The translations under genes were made by a program, and so were the position numbers. Shown here in pieces: positions 12,651-25,205 of a DNA stretch of 64,000 nucleotides. The first letter of the stretch is position 1. Each line of letters starts with the position of its first letter. Origin of the DNA: Squalus acanthias (lineage: Eukaryota). The stretch lies in NCBI GenBank assembly GCA_030390025.1, contig CM059433.1, forward strand, positions 89,466,001 through 89,530,000, written 5' to 3'. The notes beneath the pieces are model-generated. The model made no database searches, was not told the DNA's origin, and worked only from the letters and a program-made list of their open reading frames with translations.

Positions 12651-13127
12651 AGCAAATCAACACATTTTTAAAGACTTCAGTTTGGTCGTTAGACAACAGG
12701 TTAAAGCAGTATTCTTGAAGAAGTTTTTATTTGAGAGTGTAAAGAGCTATGCATTATATTCATTAGGCCGTTGTTACCTGCAAGTGATGCAATGGTGAAT
12801 TTTGATGTGGTTGACATTATAAAGAATGTTTGTAAATAAATTAGGCAAGTTTTGCTGCAACATTTTCATGAGATGATGCTTTTATTTAATGAGTGTGCCC
12901 AACAGTTTACTTTAGGCAAATCCCTTTGTCCTCAGAGACTGATTCGCATGCTGCTATGGTCATGCATCCACCTTCCCAGGTGCAAATTAAGAATGGCAAA
13001 AACTTGTTTTGATTGCACATGGATTTATTTAAATAATTTATATTGTACTGCATCTGGGATTACTCCAGATCAGTTATGGAACAATAGCCACTTTTTCCAT
13101 TTTATTGCAGATTGTACAGTAATGTGG

Positions 13128-13480
13128 TGACCTCAGTGAGGGGCTTTAATAGAGTAAATAGGGAGAAATTGTTTCCACTGGCAGGAGGGTCGATAACCAG
13201 AGGACACAGAATTAAGATAGTTGGCAAAAGAACCAGAGGGGAGAAGAGGAGAATTTTTTTTATGCAGCGAGTTGTTATGATCTGGAACGCACTGCCTGAA
13301 AGGGTGGTGGAAGCAGATTCAATAGCAACTTTCAAAAGTGAATTTGATAATACTTGAAGGGGAAAAATTGCAGCCCTATGGGGTAAGAGTAGGGGAGTGG
13401 GACTAAATGGATAGCTCTTTCAAAGAGCATGATGAGCCGAATAGCTTCTTTCTGTGCTGCATGATTCTATGATACTATAA
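13128..13480 (+). mobile_element. CR1 LINE 3' fragment
   Basis: NREKLFPLAGGSITRGH...FFMQRVVMIWNALPERVVEA; ATTCTATG tail. Confidence 0.9.
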
Positions 13481-15327
13481 TGTGAAATTGTAAAACTGAT
13501 GAGGAATGAGAAATTCTCAATATGAAGATCTCAGTGACTGATATTTTTGGAAGTACCCATGAGCTGACACTTCTGAATCATTAAGTGAACCATGTATTTC
13601 AATGAAATGATTGCATGGGTTGGATTCAGGGCACGTGCCTTGTATTGCTTTACAGTTCGATGCTGAAAAATGGACAGATCCCCCATACTGTTGGGGTAGA
13701 TTTTCCTCTTTACCACCTGAGCTTTAAGTATCACCTGGGTGGAGTGAAGGGAATAAAATTGGGTTTGGAGGATTGAATGGCCATAATGGAGTCTACCCAA
13801 TTTAAATGGAAGGAAAACCAGGCAGTCTCTGTCATGCCCTCGCAATCCTCCAAACCCAATTTTCCTCTATGTGCTCTGCCCAGGCAATGCTTAAAGCTGT
13901 AAATATTAACCAAAAAAATGCCCCAAGTTGTTTTCCCCCGGGGAGAGAGAGGGAAAATCAGAGAGAGACAAGCTGGCTCAATCTCTTACACCTCCTGAAG
14001 GCCAGTTACATAAAGTCATTGGCAAAGGTCAGGCATTGGGCTACTTTCATATTGTCTTCATGATGAGTGGCAATTGCAGTTATGTCTCCTACATAAGAAG
14101 ATCCCCATCGTACAGAATCTACTCGGGGATAGATCATTTCCAGGTCACAAAGTTAAACTCTTAAAGCTTCAACTGAAATTTGTATCAGGAAGTTTATTAT
14201 TTTGCACCATTATCCTAAAGATAAGTCCTTGCTGGAGATTCAACAGCTGTCTGGTTGACAATCATATGTTTATTCACAAGACAGAATCCAGCGTGGATGC
14301 ATTCTTTGCACGCAATCAGGGTTCCATCTCCTTGGAACTGTCACTTTAGGAAGCATTCATATTAATAATGCAGGACCAGGTTGTAATGCATGTAATTGCA
14401 AAAAAAAAGGCAGAAAGGTCAGTAGTTTGTTCAATTCCAGGGCACAAACAAGAGCAAGTCCATTATGCTGCCTACTTGTAACAACTTCTTAAGAGTGCTG
14501 GTAAAATCAAAATGTGTTCTGGATGAATTGTTCACAGATCGAGCATAATTCATGCTGGTCAGGTCAAGATAATAGTTCCACAACCAAAGGGATCAAAGTC
14601 AGAATGATGTTATTGTGGCAAGTTGTAAAGATGAAAGGTGCAGTTCCCATCGATACAGTAAGAGGTTATGTTATGACTAAGGGCAGTTGTTAAAATTTAA
14701 TTTTAATAAATTGTAGACCTACCTTATACTTCTGCTCAGAGCTGCTAGGACTACGGCAATGCTAATATGATTTGATCAGTTCATTTGCGATTGGGTTTAG
14801 TCTTCAAGGTGTGCAAACATTGTAGAGGTTGTGAAGCAATGGAGGTCTGCAGCTTGGAATTGTAGTTTAGCTGTTTCTAATGCTGATAGTAAGTTTTTGC
14901 ATTGTGAGAAGTGTGCTCAATATTATAAGGTGTAGCAGTGGGAATTCTCCATTGGGAGGAGTATTGCCACTGAAGTTCTCCTGATCTCGTGCCATAACTT
15001 TGGTAGAAGATCAGCAGAAACCCTGGAGAAAAGTTGCAAACAGCCAATTCTCCAGGGTCTCCATGGCGAGAGGTCAAGAGAGCCCCTGGGAAAATTCCAC
15101 CTCTGTTATAGGCCGCAATTTCCTGGAACGTTTTGGCGTATTCACGGCGTAAGAGCAGAGCTGTGTCGTGTTTTTTCTGAGAAAATTCGCACGTAAGTTG
15201 CATATGCCAAAACATAGCAGTGCATGAATTTCCTCGATCATTTGCACCGCTCCCGAGCTACGTCCATCAAAACCCCACTTGGCTTGTTAACATAGCTCCG
15301 CCCCCATGCAAAAGATCCAGAGAACAT

Positions 15328-15819
15328 GGGCTGGATTTTCAATGACCTGTGGAGTCGGGTTTGGAGGCATGTGGGGGGTTAAAGTTGCAGATTCGGGGGT
15401 CCCGACCCCATCCCGACTCCATTCTGCCTCCACGCAATTTTGACAAAATCGGTCGCGGATTTCCCGACTCCGTCCCGCCTCCAAGAGGCGGGAGAGGCCA
15501 TTAAAGCCCTTAACAAGCTCTAAATTGGCTCTGTAATGCCATTTTGAAACGTTTTAGCTAGTTTAACCCTTTTCCGACGTGAAGTATGCCTGATGTGAAA
15601 CACGCCAGTGAAACCTAGCGGGAGCACAAGTGGATAGCTGACTATCAGCTGCAGGTCCATCATTACAACGAAGATGTGATGAAGGGAGTAGTAGTGTTGT
15701 GTGTGAACATGGTCTCTGATGCTGGTGCATTGTCCTCACAGACTGCCTGGCCTTACTGTGAGAGGGCATGGATTGAAAAAAAAATCAATCTCTCTCTCTC
15801 TCTCTTCTCTCTTCTCTCT

Positions 15820-15851
<32 letters not shown>

Positions 15852-16131
15852 TTTGCATCCAGGTCCACTGACAGCAAGGCAGGTCCTCTCACACCAAAAG
15901 CCAGGCAGTCTCTGAGACCAGGCAGACAGTCTCTGACCTGCAATGATGACATCATCAGAGGCGACTTTCAGACTGAAACCACTAATTGGTTCATGGGTTC
16001 CCACATGCTGGAACTCAATTACCCAATTAAGTGAAAATTGCATCATTCATCCACATTAATCTGGAGTCGGGGGGGAAACACGAAATGTGGCTAACACGAC
16101 CCCAACCCGACCCCAAGACAAAATCCAGCCC
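15328..16131. mobile_element. Non-autonomous Harbinger-type element
   Basis: Perfect 12-bp TIRs GGGCTGGATTTT / AAAATCCAGCCC; TSD CAT (15325-15327, 16132-16134). Confidence 0.9.
15789..15851. repeat. (CT)n/(AT)n microsatellite
   Basis: Direct reading. Confidence 0.95.
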
Positions 16132-16269
16132 CATGAGTTTCCTGCATTTATGCCAGTTCTGAACAAACAGAAATTTACACTCAAATGTTAGGTACAACAG
16201 GATCCGAGGTCACTCATTAGTACGAATATTTGTTAAGGCAGAAGCTCAGGCATATTCATCTAGGGAATT

Positions 16270-16620
16270 CAGCAAGCCAGGATAAGTAGGAAGCACTGGG
16301 TGAAGCACTGAGTATGAGTGAAGAGGTGCAAACAGCGGTGGCAGGAGAGCAACAGGAACCAGCCGGTGAGAGTTGTAACCGATATTCTTTCACAGTTGTC
16401 AAGACTTAGTACGCCATGAGACCTGCCTATAGAGGAAGGCTGCCATCTGAGCACCAACATGGCATGCAATTATTTGAGAATGTGCAAAACAACCTGCAGG
16501 TTCTGTGTGGAAGAGTCCTCTACTTTCATGTATACAATAGTGTATGACTGCCTTACAGAACTCCAGGCCAGCATGAAGCATGTCACGGCTCCACAACCAT
16601 CTGCAGAGCATTTCCAATAG
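16270..16620 (+). pseudogene. Possible very old Harbinger transposase relic
   Basis: One frame reads RKHWV...NYLRMCKTT...RFCVEESST...IVYDCLTEL...P.SAEHFQ, resembling the YLRM..TF / FRVG.STV..IV HTH region; stops present. Confidence 0.3.
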
Positions 16621-17654
16621 TGAAGTACTGGTTCAGTGATGGAGTGTTTACTTTGTATATGCCAGGTTATTGGTTTAATCCCTACAGCAGAGGCAGATAT
16701 TCCACTTTTGTGCTTGGTATTAAAGAATTGCCTGGGGGCAGTGCAAAGAGGAAAATCCATCGGGGCAAATCGCAAGACATAAATGGAGAGCTAAATAACA
16801 TGATTTCTGAAGCAATCTGGGTTAATAGCCATATCTATCTAACTACTGATGCTGGTTCAGCTGTCCAACTGCAGCTTGACTCATTCCTAGAAAGCAGCAT
16901 TTTTATTTATTTTACAACTGATTGTTCCTAACGAAATAGTTTCATGAAGATGCTGCGCCTTTAATCAACATCTTATTCCCATTGCAGCTCAGTATTTTTG
17001 TGTTCAAAGCACCTCAAAATAAAATTTCATAGAGAAAGAAAATATTATGATTGCAAGCTGTGAAAAAACTGGTCCGTTATCAACTTGCCTCATTTAGCAG
17101 TGAAATTGTTTGTATCAATAATTTTAATGAAAAAAGTCAGTGAGTGCAATACAGGATTTCCCATTTGCTACTCATGTTGATTTTTAAATTAAATTTATCA
17201 ACAGGAGGATTTTCATCTATTTATCCTATAACTCTTAAGCGCTTTTACATTACAGCCTGTGTCTCAGGAGAGCAAGTTAACTGAGGCGCTCCCCCACATT
17301 TACTTTTTTAATATTAAGCTGGTCTTCCTGTAAACTGGCTGCAATGTGAGGCCCAAGATTCCACACATTTGGGCATCTGCAAAGTAATAACACCATGTTA
17401 AAACATCACGACATCACCATCAAGCTGTGCTGGTGCTGCAGTTTATTTCCTAGCCCCCAAAAAAGGTCTGACAGGTATATGTTGAAATGGGCGACAGCTA
17501 CAGGAGACAGCGGCTAAAGAACAATATCAAAGTGGCTATTGTGATACTTTGTGAGCCTTGCACAGTGATATCTCAAAAGCTTAATCACTGATTTAAAACA
17601 GACCAATTCACCACACTATTCATTTATAATGTAATGAAGTATAAGTTCTAAAAC

Positions 17655-18466
17655 GTAAGCTCATGGAATTGAAGGCATTTATTGACCTGGTTAGGAAATT
17701 GGCTGAGCAGCAGGAGACAGAGAGTAGGGATAATGGGCAGGTCCTCTAATTGGCAGGATGTGACTAGTGGTGTCCCACAGGGATCTGTGTTGGGGCCTCA
17801 ACTATTCACAGTATTTATTAACGACTTAGTTGGTGGGATAGAAAGCCACAAATCCAAGTTTGCTGATGACACAAAGAAACGCGACATTGTAAGCAGTGTA
17901 GATGGAAGCATAAAATTACAAAGAGATATTGATAGATTAAGCAAATGGGCAAAACTGTGGAAAATGGATTTCAATGTAGGCAAACGTGAGGTCATGGGGG
18001 GGTCCATGTACATAGATCATTAAAATGTCATGGACAGGTACAGAAAATAATCAAAAAGGCTTATGGAATGCTGGCCTTTATATCTAGAGGACTAGAATAC
18101 AAGGTGGTAGAAGTTATGCTACAGTTATACAAAGCCCTGGTTAGACCACACCTGGAGTACTGTGAGCAGTACTGGGCACCACACCTTAGGAAGGACGTAT
18201 TGGCCTTGGAAGGAGGGCAGTGTAGATTTACCAGAATGATACCTGGACTCCAAGGGTTAAATTACGAGGAGCGATTATGCAAACTAGTGTTGTATTCCTT
18301 GGAATTTAGAAGGTTAAGGGGTGATTCAATCGAACTTTTCAAAATATTAAGGGGAACTGATAGGGTAGGTAGAGAGAAACTATTTCTGCTGGTTGGGGCA
18401 TCTACGACGAGGGGGCATAGTCTAAAAATTAGAGCCAGACCTTTCAGGAGTGAAGTTAGGAAACAC
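17655..18466 (+). mobile_element. CR1 LINE fragment with internal deletion
   Basis: SGVPQGSVLGPQLF, SKFADDTK, KALVRPHLEYC, LEFRRLRGD. Confidence 0.92.
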
Positions 18467-19636
18467 GAAGTAAAATGTACCAAGGCTCTTCACAGGAGAG
18501 TTATAAAACAAAATTGGACACCAGGCCATATAGGGACATAATAGTGCAGAAAGCTTGGTCAAAGAGGTAGTTTTTAAGGAGCGTCTTAAAGGAGGTAAGA
18601 GAGGTAGAGAGACGGAGAGGTTTAGAGAGGGAATTCCAGAGCTGAGGGCCTTGCCAGCTGAAGGCACGGCCACCAATGGTGAAGCGATTGAAATAGGGGC
18701 TGCTCAAGAGGCTAGAATTAGAGGAGAACAGATATCTTGGAGGGTTGTGGGGCTGGAGGAGGTTATAGAGATAGGGAGGGGCGAGGGCATGGAGTGATTT
18801 GAAAACAAGGATCAGAATTTTCAAATTGAGGCGTTGCTTAACCGGGCGCCAATGTAGGTCAGCGAGCACAGGGGTGATGGGTGAACGGGACTTGGTGCGA
18901 GTTAGGACACGGGCAGCAGTGTTTTAGATGACTTCACGTTTATGGAGGGTAGAACGTGGGAGGCCGGCCAGGAGTGATTTGGAATAGTCAAGTCTAGGGG
19001 TAACAAAGGGTTGGATGAGGGTTTCAGCAGCAGATGACCTGAGGCAGGGCAGAGTTGGACGATGTTCCGGAGGTGGAAATAGGCGGTCTTGGTGATGGCA
19101 CGAATATGTGGTCAGAAGCTCATTTCGGGGTCAAATATGACACCCAGGTTGTGAACAGTCTGGTTCAACTTCAGACAGTTGCCAGGGAGAGGGACGAAGT
19201 TGACGGCAAGGGATTGGAGTTTATGATGGGAACCGAAGACAATGTCTTCAGTCTTCCCAATAATTAGTTGTTGAAATTTTCTGTTCATCCAGTACTGGGT
19301 GTCAGACAAGCAGTCCAACAACTTAGAGACAGTGGAGGGGTCGACAGAGGTGTTGGTGAGGTAGAGCTCGGTGTCGTCAGCGTACATGTGGAAACTGACA
19401 CTGTGTTTTCGTTTGATGTCGCTAAGGGTCATCATGTAGATGAGAAATAGGAGGGAGCCAAGGATAGACGCTTGGGGGACACCAGAGGTAACGGTGTAGG
19501 AGCGGGAAGAGAAGCCATTGCAGGTGATTCTCTCGCTACGATTAGACAGATAAGATAGGAACAAAGCGAGTGCAGTCCCACCCAGCTGGACGATGGTGGA
19601 AAGGCATTGGAGAGGGCTGGTGTGGTCAACCGTGTG
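18467..19636 (-). mobile_element. L2 LINE 3' fragment
   Basis: SGVPQASILG, FHMYADDTELYL, LADLHW.PVKQR, GGRAFS.QGP.LWNSL. Confidence 0.92.
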
Positions 19637-20100
19637 GGATTAAAATACTAAAGCGGGGCAAAAATATATTTGAGTCAGCAAGTGGTACAAAGTAATGATT
19701 CTGCTGGTGCAAAATATTAATATATTGGATCCAGGATGTTGTCACAGTCGTCTAAATGTTCATTAATGTAAAAAAACTTTTCCAGTTCCAGCTTTTGACT
19801 TTGCTTTCTGACTTGCATGTTCAAGGCTTGATACAAAATATAAAACTTCTGAAGTGTTTTCACTCTCCGCATAAATTCAGGGCCTTTGTAATCTTCTATA
19901 CTCCTTTTCAGAAGGACTTGACAGAAGATTTCCTGTCTTTTTCACTCTTCAAATCCGGAACTTCAAAGAATTAAATCTCTCCATAGATCACTGAGTGTGT
20001 GTAACAGAAGTATCAGTGGGCCGTTGCCTCTCACAAGTCCTCTCATTCTGTCCCTTTGTCCTTGCTCTGCATTGTAACCTGTGCTATTCGTCTCTGTCAG

Positions 20101-20381
20101 CCAGCGAATCTCGCTGGCTGCACTCGGGAGACCCTCGCCGCACCACACTTCTCAAACTAAACAACTACTTTACAGATTATTGACTGATCTGAGGTGTAAT
20201 ACACTGGGTCCTTCAGCAAGGTCAAAGAGATCATCAAGACATAGTTCTGCAGTGGGAATTTTAAGGCATAACCTTATCCATTCATCTAATTTGCAGGGGT
20301 CTCAATTTTGGATCAGAAGTTGTGTCTGTTTAGATGTCTCACCTGCTGGAAAGACCAAAGGAAACATTTTTGTTCAGAAAG
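20101..20381 (+). CDS. Candidate internal exon of an unidentified host gene
   Basis: tcgtctctgtcag| ... cagaaag|gtaaat; open frame QRISLAALGRPSPHH...NIFVQK; phase-compatible with 10971-11050 and 28280-28353. Confidence 0.2.
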
Positions 20382-21280
20382 GTAAATTAGATTTTTAAGA
20401 GCTAAAAAGAAAAAAAAAAACAACTATTGGAAATTTGATGTGAAAACATTCACACAGTAGGTCAATTGATGTCTGTAAGTTAAGAAGGGTACATTTTCCA
20501 GGCAAGACCTTCTGACAGATCTTAAAGCTGATGCGCAGAGCATTTACCTGTCTTTGTCTTTCAGTTGTGATCGACCTGCTGTGCATTGCTAACATTTTCT
20601 GTTTCTATTTTAAATTTTGCAGATTGCATTAAGAATTTTTGTTTTCTCAGTTAGTAAAGCCAAATTTAGACCTATTAATTCTTTATTCATTGAATGGAAT
20701 CACCCATTATCCATGCCTTCTCGGTTTTTGGGTTTTACAATAAATATTCTTCTACACACATTCAGTATCATTGATCACTCCTGACCTCATGTCACCCACT
20801 CCTATAAGCAGACCTTTGGCTACCCAATATCTGGGTAAGCGATAGTGAGACCCAGGGATCAAACAGAGATCCCTTACAACTGTACCCTGGCTTACTAGAA
20901 TGTGTAACAAGCCACCACATGATCCTTCTCTCTTCGATAGATGGATTGAATATACACTCTATTAGACTGAAACTCAGACTATAAACAAATGGGCAGTTTA
21001 TTCAAATAAAGCAGACAAATGAGTATTCAGCGCAGAACAGTACATGTTACAGTAATTATAAACTTTACCATTATTGATTCATATTCAAAACTATAAAGTG
21101 CTTTTCCTGAGCTGTCTTTCAACATAACTATATTATTGAAAATGTTGCTCACCTCTTATATGCTGCAAGGTTAAAGTTACGGGTAGATTTAATAAAGGTG
21201 TTCAAAATCATGAAGGGATTTTTTAGAGCAAATAAGGAGAAACTGTTTCCACAGGCAGAAGGATTGGTAACCAGAGGTCC

Positions 21281-22390
21281 TGGTCCCACTCTAGGACTTG
21301 AGCACATAGTCTAAGGCTAACACCTCAGTGCAGTGCTGAGGGAGTCCTGCATTGTTGAAGTTGCCATCTTTTGGATGAGACTACAACTGTCTGCCAGCTC
21401 AGGTGGACATAAAATCTCATGACACTATTTGAAGAAGAGCACGTGAGTTTTCTCAGAGTCTTGGACAACATTACCCCCTCAACCAGCATCAAGTGAACAG
21501 ATGAACTGCTTACTCATTCATTTGCTGTTTGTGAGACCCTGCTGTCTGCAAATTGGTTGCTGCTTTTGCCTACACAGCAACAGTGAAACCCCTTCAGAAG
21601 TAATCCATGGTTGAAAGGTGCTGTGCTCTGTCCAGAGGCTGTGATCAGGTGCTGTGCTCTGTCCACAGGCTGTGATCAGGTGCTGTGCTCTGTCCACAGG
21701 CTGTGATCAGGTGCTTTGCTCTGTCCAGAGGCTGTGATCAGGTGCTGTGCTCTGTCCACAGGCTGTGATCAGGTGCTGTGCTCTGTCCACAGGCTGTGAT
21801 CAGGTGTTTTGCTCTGTCCAGAGGCTGTGATGAGGTGTTTTGCTCTGTCCACAGGCTGTGATGAGGTGCTTTGCTCTGTCCAGAGGCTGTGATCAGGTGC
21901 TGTGCTCTGTCCACAGGCTGTGATGAGGTGCTGTGCTCTGTCCACAGGCTGTGATCAGGTGTTTTGCTCTGTCCAGAGGCTGTGATCAGGTGCTTTGCTC
22001 TGTCCACAGGCTGTGATGAGGTGCTTTGCTCTGTCCAGAGGCTGTGATCAGGTGCTTTGCTCTGTCCACAGGCTGTGATCAGGTGCTGTGCTCTGTCCAC
22101 AGGCTGTGATCAGGTGCTTTGCTCTGTCCACAGGCTGTGATCAGGTGCTTTGCTCTGTCCAGAGGCTGTGATCAGGTGCTTTGCTCTGTCCAGAGGCTGT
22201 GATCAGGTGCTTTGCTCTGTTCACAGGCTGTGATGAGGTGCTTTGCTCTGTCCAGAGGCTGTGATCAGGTGCTTTGCTCTGTCCAGAGGCTGTGATCAGG
22301 TGTTTTGCTCTGTCCAGAGGCTGTGATGAGCTGCTTTGCTCTGTCCAGAGGCTGTGATGAGGTGCTACATGAATACAAGTTCTTTTTTGA
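21281..22390 (+). mobile_element. DeuSINE (SacSINE1/AmnSINE1-like) whose 3' tail contains a minisatellite
   Basis: Deu-domain-like CAGTGCAGTGCTGAGGGAGTCCTGCATTGT...CACTATTTGAAGAAGAGCA...TTTGCTGTTTGTGAGACC; ends GGTGCTACATGAATACAAGTTCTTT; homologous to 46268-46720. Confidence 0.75.
21616..22366. repeat. Minisatellite, 31-bp unit, ~24 copies
   Basis: Unit AGGTGCT(G/T)TGCTCTGTCCA(C/G)AGGCTGTGAT(C/G), head-to-tail, no spacers. Confidence 0.97.
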
Positions 22391-23774
22391 TATCTGTTCA
22401 GACCCTAGCAAGGTGTTGTTTATAGCTTTCAATAAGAACACATTTTATAACACTTGTGCTGAAGAATAAAAGCTGATATAAAAACCATAGCCTGGGAAGG
22501 TCACTGTCGGAGACATTAGTGCGCAAACACTTGAAGCATTTGTATGATATTCTTCTGTTTGCTGTTTTAGTGGAAATATTAGCAATGGGTTAACACCGCG
22601 GTGCTTTAAGAGAGCAGATAGAGAAATCTGAGACGTGTGCAAAGCGTTTCTCTACTCATTTCTCCAACAGTAATTTCAAGCTATGATTTTATTTCCAGTT
22701 GTTCCACTAGACAGGTATAATAAAATATTTTCTATTTGATAGCCGCAAAGCTACAGTAATTTCAAGGCTCTTATTTTCTATAGGCACAGCTTTACAATGA
22801 CAAAGTGGCACCACAAATCACTAATCACAGACCTTATTCAGTTACAGAAACTATAAAATGCTCTTTCAAACAAAAGCTTTTTTCAACTGGAAAGGTACAA
22901 GTATTATAAATAGAGCAAGGCTGGCCATGATGTGTCATAAATAGTTTCACCTGTGAATTATCTGGTTAGCTTCACTTGTGGAGATATTGCTCATATGTCA
23001 TGGTGGACTAAATTCTTAAATTCCAGTGGCCGTTTTCCCCTTTGCTTGTGCACTGTAGAAAATCCCACACTAAAGTGTTAGCAGCCACACTGACTGACCG
23101 ATTGAAATGGACCCTAAAGTAACAGTCAGGAGGACCAATGATTTTAGAAGATGTCATGCTGACATCACTATATACTACCTTGTCCTCATCTATCTCACCT
23201 TCATTTCTATTTTTGGCCTTTCTCTCAGCTCTAATACGTATTTAAATTACTTGTGTTTATTTCTGTTCATAGCAATTTTATGCGCAGAAAACACACCAAA
23301 GGATCCAATAATTGTCCAACAGTGTTATACTTAATTGGATCCATTCAAATGAAAAATATTCCATGCAATGGTTTCCCTGATGTGTATCAAAATGTCAACT
23401 CTTCACAGAAATTGAAAAAGCACATGTGCAAAAAACCACAAATATCCAGCTCAGATCACAAGGGGTTACTATTATTACACCCTGGTTTACACTATTATAT
23501 ACTTGGATATTGGGCAGTATGAACACAACTTTAAAATGTAACATTCAGACTGCTTACAGGAGTGACTAGCATCACTGCACCCAAAAGAATATCTAAGGCA
23601 AGACCCTAAACTTGTAATGCCCAACTATCCTTTATATGCTGTTAAATACAATAGTGGAAGTGTACAAATGGTGTAAGGTCCATCTGATTCTCACAATAGT
23701 GACTCTTCTCATGACTGCTGGATCCAATGTGCTTTGCAGGCATTTTCTCTTTTAAGTTCAAAACTGCTGCCATT

Positions 23775-25205
23775 ACACCTTGACCCTGCTGCCCTTGCAA
23801 ACTACCGCCCCACCTCCAACCTCCCTTTCTTCGCCAAAGTCTTTGAAAGTCTTGTTGCCTCTCAAATCCATGCCTATCTTTCCCACAACTCCATGTTTGA
23901 ACCCCTCCAATTAGGTTTCTGCCACTGCCACAGCAATGAAACGGCCCTTATCAAAGTCACAAATGACATCTTATGTGACCATGGTAAACTATCCCTCCTC
24001 ATCCTTTTCGATCTGTCTGCAGCCTTTGACATGGTTGACCACACCATCTTCCTCCATTGCCTCTCCTCTGTTGTCCAGCTGGATGGGACTGCCCTCACCT
24101 GGTTCCATTCCTATATATCCAGTCATAGCCAGAGAATCACCTGCAATTACTTCTCTTTCCACTCCTGCACCATTACCTCTTGGGTCCCCCAAGGATATAT
24201 CTTTGACCCCCTCTTATTTCTCATCTACTTGTTGCCCCTCGATGACATAATCTGAAAACACAATGTCGGGTTCCACATGCACGCTGATGATACCTAGCTC
24301 TACCTCAGCATCATCTGTCTCGACCCCTCCATTGCTTTTGATTTGTCATGCTGCTTGTCGCCATCCCTTATTGGATGAGCAGAAATTTCCTCCAATTAAA
24401 TATTAGGAAGATCAAAGCCATTGCCTTTGTTCCCCGCAACAAACTCCATTCTCTAGCCACCGAGTCCATCCCTCTCCCTCGCCATTGTCTGAGGCTGAAC
24501 CAGACTGTTCGCCACTTTGGTGTCCTATTTGACACTGAGTTGAGCTTCCGACCCCATATGCTCTCCTTCACCAAGACCGCATACTTCCACCTCTGTAACA
24601 TCACCCGTCTCCACCCCTGCCTCTGCTCATTGGCTGCTGAAACCCTCACCCATGCCACTAGATTCGACTATTCCAATGCTCTCCTGGCTGGCCTCCCACC
24701 TTGCATTCTCCATAAACTTGTGCTCTTCCAAAACTCTGCTGCCCGTGTCCTAACTCACACCAAGTCCCGTTCACGCATTACCCCGTGTTCTCTGACCTAC
24801 ATTGGCTCCTGGTCTGGCAATGCCTCAATTAAAAAAATTTCATCCTTGTTCTCAAATCCTCGATGGCCTTGCCCCTGCCTAGCTCTGTAACCTCCTCCAG
24901 CCATACAAGCTTCTGATATCTCTGCACTCCTCCAATTCTGGCCTCTTGTGTTTCCCGATTTTCTTTGCTCCACCATTGGCGTCGTGCCTTAGGCTGCCTC
25001 GGTCCTCAGCTCTTGAATCCCCTCCCTAAACCTCTCTGCCTCTCTACCTCTCCTCTTTTAAGATGCTCCTTAAAACCTACCTCTTTGACCAAGCTTTTGG
25101 TCATCTGCCCTAAAATTTCCTGTGTCAAATTTTCTTTGATAATCGCTTCAGCGAAGCACTTTGGGACGTTTAACTACATTAATGTTGTTATATAAATGCA
25201 AGTTA
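23775..25205 (+). mobile_element. L2 LINE 3' fragment (RT region to tail)
   Basis: LDPAALANYRPTSNLPF, ETALIKVTNDIL, DLSAAFDMVDH, VPQG; L2 tail ...TATATAAATGCAAGTT. Confidence 0.93.

Noticed and set aside
21616-22366. 31-bp repeat array as a CRISPR array or repeat-protein gene (ORF 21738-22100)
   Set aside because: Units are contiguous with no unique spacers, the context is a vertebrate SINE, and the ORF is a by-product of the periodicity
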